Origin: Candidatus Iainarchaeum sp.
GTDB lineage: Archaea; Iainarchaeota; Iainarchaeia; Iainarchaeales; 0-14-0-20-30-16
Length of the DNA stretch: 20,050 bases
Reading direction: 5' to 3'
NCBI GenBank assembly: GCA_903916665.1
Contig: CAIWXP010000193.1
Location: 1-20,050, forward strand
The position numbers and the translations under genes are program-made. The notes beneath the pieces were generated by a model. The model worked only from the letters and a program-made list of their open reading frames with translations. It was not told the origin of the DNA and made no database searches. Shown one piece after another: positions 16,433 through 20,050 of the stretch (position 1 is the first letter of the stretch; the number at the start of each line of letters is the position of its first letter).

Positions 16433-16705
16433 ATGAAAACAGAAAAGACTCCAAAGATTAACTGTCCTGTGTGCCAGGAAGCTTTAAAGCATAAGCTAGA
16501 GAAAAAGCACGAAATAATCGTATGCCCTAGCTGCGATAACAGTCTTTTTATGTATAGATCAAACAAAATCCTAATGGCCTACCCGTTTTCTTTAAACGCG
16601 GGTATCAAAGGAAATAAATTTCTTTCTGACGAAGAATTTGATTCTGAAGGGTCTATGGGCGATTTTGACCCTGAAAGCGATGAAGATGGCGAAGAATATG
16701 ACTAA
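16433..16705 (+). CDS. Small zinc-ribbon protein with acidic C-terminal tail
   Basis: Two Cys pairs (CPVC..16 aa..CPSC), then SDEEFDSEGSMGDFDPESDEDGEEYD. GC content and codon choice (gcc, ccg, gcg, ggc, ctg) are visibly higher in GC than neighbouring genes. Confidence 0.65.
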   Translation: MKTEKTPKINCPVCQEALKHKLEKKHEIIVCPSCDNSLFMYRSNKILMAYPFSLNAGIKGNKFLSDEEFDSEGSMGDFDPESDEDGEEYD

Positions 16706-16718
16706 CCTTAAAGGTAAG

Positions 16719-16727
16719 TTTATAAAT
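16719..16727 (+). promoter_or_regulatory. TATA box for the 5S rRNA gene
   Basis: tttataaat is centred ~26 nt upstream of the predicted mature 5' end at 16749, the canonical archaeal TATA-to-TSS distance. A purine-rich aaaggtaag lies just upstream, in the BRE position. Confidence 0.45.
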
Positions 16728-16748
16728 CCTTTGCTTCCAATTATATAC

Positions 16749-16860
16749 GTTAACGTCCATTGTAATTAGGGTACACCTGGTCTCTTTCCGAACCCAGAAG
16801 TTAAGCTAATTACGAGAGATAAGTTCTGGTGCAGATCGGCACTTATTTCTTAGCGCTAAC
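16749..16860 (+). rRNA. rrf: 5S ribosomal RNA (boundaries +/- ~5 nt)
   Basis: The conserved loop C/helix III core ACACCTGGTCTCTTTCCGAACCCAGAAGTTAAGC resembles archaeal 5S (..CACCCGGTCTCATTTCGAACCCGGAAGTTAAGC..). Helix I: GTTAACG/CGCTAAC (one mismatch). Helix II: GTAATTAG/CTAATTAC (perfect). Helix IV/V: AGATAAGT/ACTTATTT. A T-run (aatttttattt) follows. Confidence 0.85.
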
Positions 16861-16930
16861 ACTTTATACTTACTAATTTTTATTTAGTTTCTTTCAAGAT
16901 TATATAGAATTACTAGTTAATGGCGATATA

Positions 16931-17707
16931 ATGTTGTTTGATGCGCATTTACACATTTCTGATGAATACAATCCTTTGGACGAAAATAAAGCCAAAGAAC
17001 TAATTGAGAATGCAGAAAAAAATGATATTAAATATTTAGTAAGTAATTCAACCTGTATACGATCAATTGATGAAAATATATTTTTATTAAAAAAATATCA
17101 ATCAATTATCTGTGGAATAGGAATGTTTCCAACAGAATTTAAAACAGAAAAAGATCTTCAATACATTGATGTTATAAAAAATAAAGTGTTAGAATTAAAA
17201 AAAGAAGGTTATTCTAATCGAATGATCATCGGCGAAGTGGGATTAGACTTCAAAGAAGAAAAATCAAATAAAGACCTACAACAAAGAGCTTTATTGGAAA
17301 TACTAAAAATAGCAAAAGAAAATGATTTATATTTAGAAATACATTCAAGATTTGCAGTAAAACAAACAATGCAAATATTAGAACAATTTGGCTATAATAA
17401 AATTATTATGCACTGGTTTTTAGATTCAAAGAAATACATTGATAGGGCAGTTAAATTAGGCTATTTTATTACAGTAGGACCAAAATATCTCTATGACCAA
17501 AACCTAATGGACAATATTAAAGAGGTTCCAAAAGAACAAATACTTTTTGAAACAGATTACCCTGCAAGCGTTTCTGGTAAGATCTGTGGCCCAGAAGCAA
17601 TAAAAGATATTTTTGATAAATACTGCAAAGACTTTGAAATACCTAAGGAAGATATGCAGTCTATTTTAGAAAAATCCTTTAGCAAAATATTTGACCCTAA
17701 GACATAA
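16931..17707 (+). CDS. tatD: TatD-family metal-dependent hydrolase/DNase
   Basis: MLFDAHLHI (HxH), IGEVGLDF, LEIHSR, IIMHWF and FETDYP give the TatD metal-ligand series in order. Confidence 0.85.
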   Translation: MLFDAHLHISDEYNPLDENKAKELIENAEKNDIKYLVSNSTCIRSIDENIFLLKKYQSIICGIGMFPTEFKTEKDLQYIDVIKNKVLELKKEGYSNRMIIGEVGLDFKEEKSNKDLQQRALLEILKIAKENDLYLEIHSRFAVKQTMQILEQFGYNKIIMHWFLDSKKYIDRAVKLGYFITVGPKYLYDQNLMDNIKEVPKEQILFETDYPASVSGKICGPEAIKDIFDKYCKDFEIPKEDMQSILEKSFSKIFDPKT

Positions 17708-17738
17708 GCCTTATAAATAATAACATAATTTATATATT

Positions 17739-17855
17739 ATGGAAATATGGCTAATTGTTTTAACAGTTATATTGGTAGTAGCAGTTATTTCGCTAATATT
17801 AGCAAATATATTATTACATTTAAGTAAAAAAAGAGAGAACAGTGATAAAAAATGA
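17739..17855 (+). CDS. Unannotated 38-aa single-TM micro-protein, translationally coupled to the beta-CASP RNase gene
   Basis: My own translation: MEIWLIVLTVILVVAVISLILANILLHLSKKRENSDKK. That is one hydrophobic helix plus a basic tail. The TGA stop (17853-17855) overlaps the downstream ATG (17852-17854) as ATGA. TATA-like ttataaataa/tttatatatt sits immediately upstream. Below the ORF-track size cutoff. Confidence 0.45.
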   Translation: MEIWLIVLTVILVVAVISLILANILLHLSKKRENSDKK

Positions 17856-19126
17856 TTAAGATTAAGGCTTTAGGAGCCGCACATGAAGTTGGAAGATCTG
17901 GATTCCACATAAATTTTGAAAATACAGATATATTATTAGATTATGGGGTAAAGATTGCCGAAGATAGTATGGAATACCCCATAGTACCAGAGGGAATAGT
18001 AAAGCACATGATATTAAGTCATTCCCATCTAGACCATTGTGGTATGATTCCTGCTTTATTTCAAAAATCTAGACCTACAGTTTATTTAACTGCACCTAGC
18101 TTAGATATTGCAGATATACTTTGGGAAGACTCATTAAAAATTGCAAGATTAGAAGGTACTATGTTACCATTCTCAAAGGAAAACATACAGGATGTTTTTG
18201 GACATATGAATATTGTAAATTATAAGCAAAATATTCAAATTGCAGATAATGTTTCTTTTGAAATGTTTGATGCAGGTCATATAATTGGAAGTGCAATAAC
18301 AAAATTACAATTTGGAAAAAAATCATTAATTTATACTGGTGATTTTAAATTAGAAGAAAGTAGTTTACATCAAGGCGCAGATATTGATATTGATAGTCCA
18401 AATTATTTAATGATTGAAAGTACCTATGGTGATAGAGATCACCCAAAAAGAAAAGATGTTGAAAAAGAATTTATTGAAAATGTTAAATTAACATTGGATA
18501 AGGGTGGATCTGTATTATTACCAGCTTTTGCTGTTGGAAGAAGTCAAGAGTTAATTGAAATTTTAGATAAAGCAGCAATTAAAGATGTTCCAATATTTTT
18601 AGATGGTATGGGCCAAAAAGTTGCTCAAATTTATATGAAATATCCTGGTTTTATTAAAGAATCCTTTAAACTAAAACAAGCTTTGAATAATGTACACTAT
18701 GTTACAAGTCAAGAAGATAGAAAAAAGGCAGTACAAAAACAAAGTATTATTGTTACCACAGCAGGAATGTTAGAAGGTGGTCCAGTAATGTTTTATTTAC
18801 AAAAGAAAAAGAATGATGTTAAATCAAATGTTTTTCTAACTGGTTTCCAAATGCCAGGAACCAATGGAGATCTTTTACAAACACAAAAGAAAGTGGATGT
18901 TGATGGAACTTTAATTGATATTAAAATGCCAGTTAAAAAATTCGATTTTTCTGCACACATTGGAAAAGCAGATTTACTAAGAAGTATAAATCAATGGAAC
19001 CCAGAAAAAGTAATCTGTATTCATGGTGATGGTAAAGTAGTGGATGACTTTGCAAAAACAATAAAACAAGATACAGGTATAGACGCACAAGCACCTAAAC
19101 TTGGAGATATAATTAAATTAGATTAA
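17852..19126 (+). CDS. Beta-CASP metallo-beta-lactamase ribonuclease (aCPSF2-like, no KH domains)
   Basis: MBL motif ILSHSHLDHCG (HxHxDH); DAGHIIGSA; the later YTGDF..ESTYG block, then FSAHIGKADL and ICIHGD are typical of beta-CASP motifs A-C. The 424-aa length fits the KH-less archaeal group. Confidence 0.85.
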   Translation: MIKIKALGAAHEVGRSGFHINFENTDILLDYGVKIAEDSMEYPIVPEGIVKHMILSHSHLDHCGMIPALFQKSRPTVYLTAPSLDIADILWEDSLKIARLEGTMLPFSKENIQDVFGHMNIVNYKQNIQIADNVSFEMFDAGHIIGSAITKLQFGKKSLIYTGDFKLEESSLHQGADIDIDSPNYLMIESTYGDRDHPKRKDVEKEFIENVKLTLDKGGSVLLPAFAVGRSQELIEILDKAAIKDVPIFLDGMGQKVAQIYMKYPGFIKESFKLKQALNNVHYVTSQEDRKKAVQKQSIIVTTAGMLEGGPVMFYLQKKKNDVKSNVFLTGFQMPGTNGDLLQTQKKVDVDGTLIDIKMPVKKFDFSAHIGKADLLRSINQWNPEKVICIHGDGKVVDDFAKTIKQDTGIDAQAPKLGDIIKLD

Positions 19127-19133
19127 TTGATAT

Positions 19134-19170
19134 GTTGCAAATTAAATTTGCAACTTTCTTTTTTATTTTT
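19134..19170 (+). terminator. Perfect 9-bp hairpin plus T-run after the RNase gene
   Basis: GTTGCAAAT (19134-19142), loop TAA, ATTTGCAAC (19146-19154), then tttcttttttattttt. The T-run overlaps the 3' end of the convergent DedA gene. Confidence 0.5.
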
Positions 19171-19816
19171 TGCTTTTCTTTTTTAACAGTTGTTTTTCTA
19201 ACTCTTTTTTTTCTTTACGCTTTTTTCTAATATTTTTTATTTTTATTATTAAAAATCCTAAACAAACAATTGCCACCATAACAATTGTAAAATACAATAA
19301 ATATGCTTTAATTAATTCCATTTGTGTTCCAATAAAATATCCTAAGCACATTAAAACTATAGACCATAAACCAGAACCCAAAACAGTATATAAAATAAAC
19401 TTAGATTTATTCATTTTTGCAAAACCAGCGGGAAATGAAATATAATGTCTTACACCAACAATTAATCTTGCAAGAAATATACTTGCAAACCCATATTTAT
19501 TAAAAAACAAATCTAATTTTTCCAATCTTTCATCATTTAATAAAAACCATTTTTTATGTTTCTCAATAAATGGTCTACCTAGTTTTTCTCCTAACCAATA
19601 GGAAAAATAGGATCCAATTATTGCACCTATAATCGACACAAGAATAATTAAAAATGGATTTAATGTTCCGATATACCACAAATAACCCGCAGGAATTAAA
19701 ATCAATTCAGAAGGCAAAGGAATAAATGTACTTTCTATGGTCATTGCAATTAATATTCCAAAATAATTAAATTGATAAATTAAAGTTACTAAATATTGTG
19801 CAAAAGCTTCTAACAT
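19163..19816 (-). CDS. dedA: DedA/SNARE-associated family membrane protein
   Basis: FGILIAMTIESTFIPLPSELILIPAGYL matches the DedA signature (E..x..P.PSE......G). GRPFIEK..L..FF.KYG..SIFLARLIVGVRHYISFPAG is also present. 4-5 TM helices, Lys-rich tail. Confidence 0.85.
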   Translation of the reverse strand: MLEAFAQYLVTLIYQFNYFGILIAMTIESTFIPLPSELILIPAGYLWYIGTLNPFLIILVSIIGAIIGSYFSYWLGEKLGRPFIEKHKKWFLLNDERLEKLDLFFNKYGFASIFLARLIVGVRHYISFPAGFAKMNKSKFILYTVLGSGLWSIVLMCLGYFIGTQMELIKAYLLYFTIVMVAIVCLGFLIIKIKNIRKKRKEKKELEKQLLKKKSKK

Positions 19817-19833
19817 ATAATATCACGAAATAA

Positions 19834-19998
19834 TCAATTACAACTTTCAAATGGCAAATAAGATTTAGAATAGGTTGTTGTTGCAGCTTCAGAAGTTATT
19901 CCTTTATCTTCCCATGCCTTAGCACAATAACTTGCTAAAAAGCAACCATCACCATAATCACAAAGTGCAGGACAAATTAAATTAACATCATACTTCAT
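19834..19998 (-). CDS. Unannotated 54-aa cysteine-rich small protein
   Basis: My own translation of the minus strand: MKYDVNLICPALCDYGDGCFLASYCAKAWEDKGITSEAATTTYSKSYLPFESCN. AGGAG (complement of 20008-20012) lies 9 nt upstream of the ATG. Cys pattern is C-x3-C-x5-C-x5-C plus a C-terminal Cys. Sits 17 nt upstream of dedA on the same strand. Confidence 0.4.
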   Translation of the reverse strand: MKYDVNLICPALCDYGDGCFLASYCAKAWEDKGITSEAATTTYSKSYLPFESCN

Positions 19999-20050
19999 AG
20001 TTTTGTACTCCTATAACCTAATGCCTGTATGCCTTCGCTTGTTACTTGTA

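Noticed and set aside
9627-19816. Recurring Lys/Arg-rich C-terminal tails (DAC, AstE-like, DedA) as a shared targeting signal
   Set aside because: In a genome this AT-rich, AAA/AAG/AGA runs near gene ends are readily produced by compositional drift. The tails share no motif beyond charge.
1-20050. CRISPR arrays, tRNA genes, transposases, integrases, prophage or long terminal inverted repeats
   Set aside because: I saw no regularly spaced direct repeats, no tRNA-like T-arm/acceptor sequences outside the 5S, and no DDE or tyrosine/serine recombinase-like ORFs. The only repeat found is the intragenic 126-nt duplication.
20011-20050. Possible 3' end of another minus-strand gene (..TSNKRRHTGIRL*) at the right edge
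   Set aside because: Only 13 codons are visible, too little to distinguish coding from non-coding sequence.

Overview
AT-rich (roughly 30% GC by eye), very gene-dense window with short or overlapping junctions. The gene content looks archaeal: diphthine synthase, aTrm5, an Nre-like protein with a PIP box, a KH-less beta-CASP RNase, TATA-type promoters and an unlinked 5S rRNA. The Asn/Lys/Ile-rich proteins and many anchored extracellular proteins suggest a small-genome, DPANN-like episymbiont, but that is inference only. I support 23 CDS, two of them below the ORF-track cutoff, plus one 5S rRNA, one 126-nt intragenic tandem duplication and a few promoter or terminator signals. Recognisable genes are mgtA (5' partial), NUDIX, two-HKD PLD, endonuclease IV, a transglutaminase-like lipoprotein, dph5, diadenylate cyclase, Nre-like, trm5, an SPPY amino-methyltransferase, TatD, beta-CASP RNase and DedA. 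I saw no CRISPR array, transposase, integrase, tRNA or complete known defence system. Second-look items: a Trm5 / AstE-AspA-like Zn-hydrolase / SPPY-methyltransferase operon that converges on an unrecognisable 247-aa protein; a minimal diadenylate cyclase with a C-terminal rather than N-terminal membrane helix; a secreted protein about one-third tyrosine; a Lys/Pro-rich tandem-repeat protein with an acidic tail; a GC-shifted zinc-ribbon/acidic-tail gene beside the 5S; and two unannotated micro-ORFs. Six ORF-track starts appear too far upstream. All calls rest on motif reading of the translations, since no searches were run.
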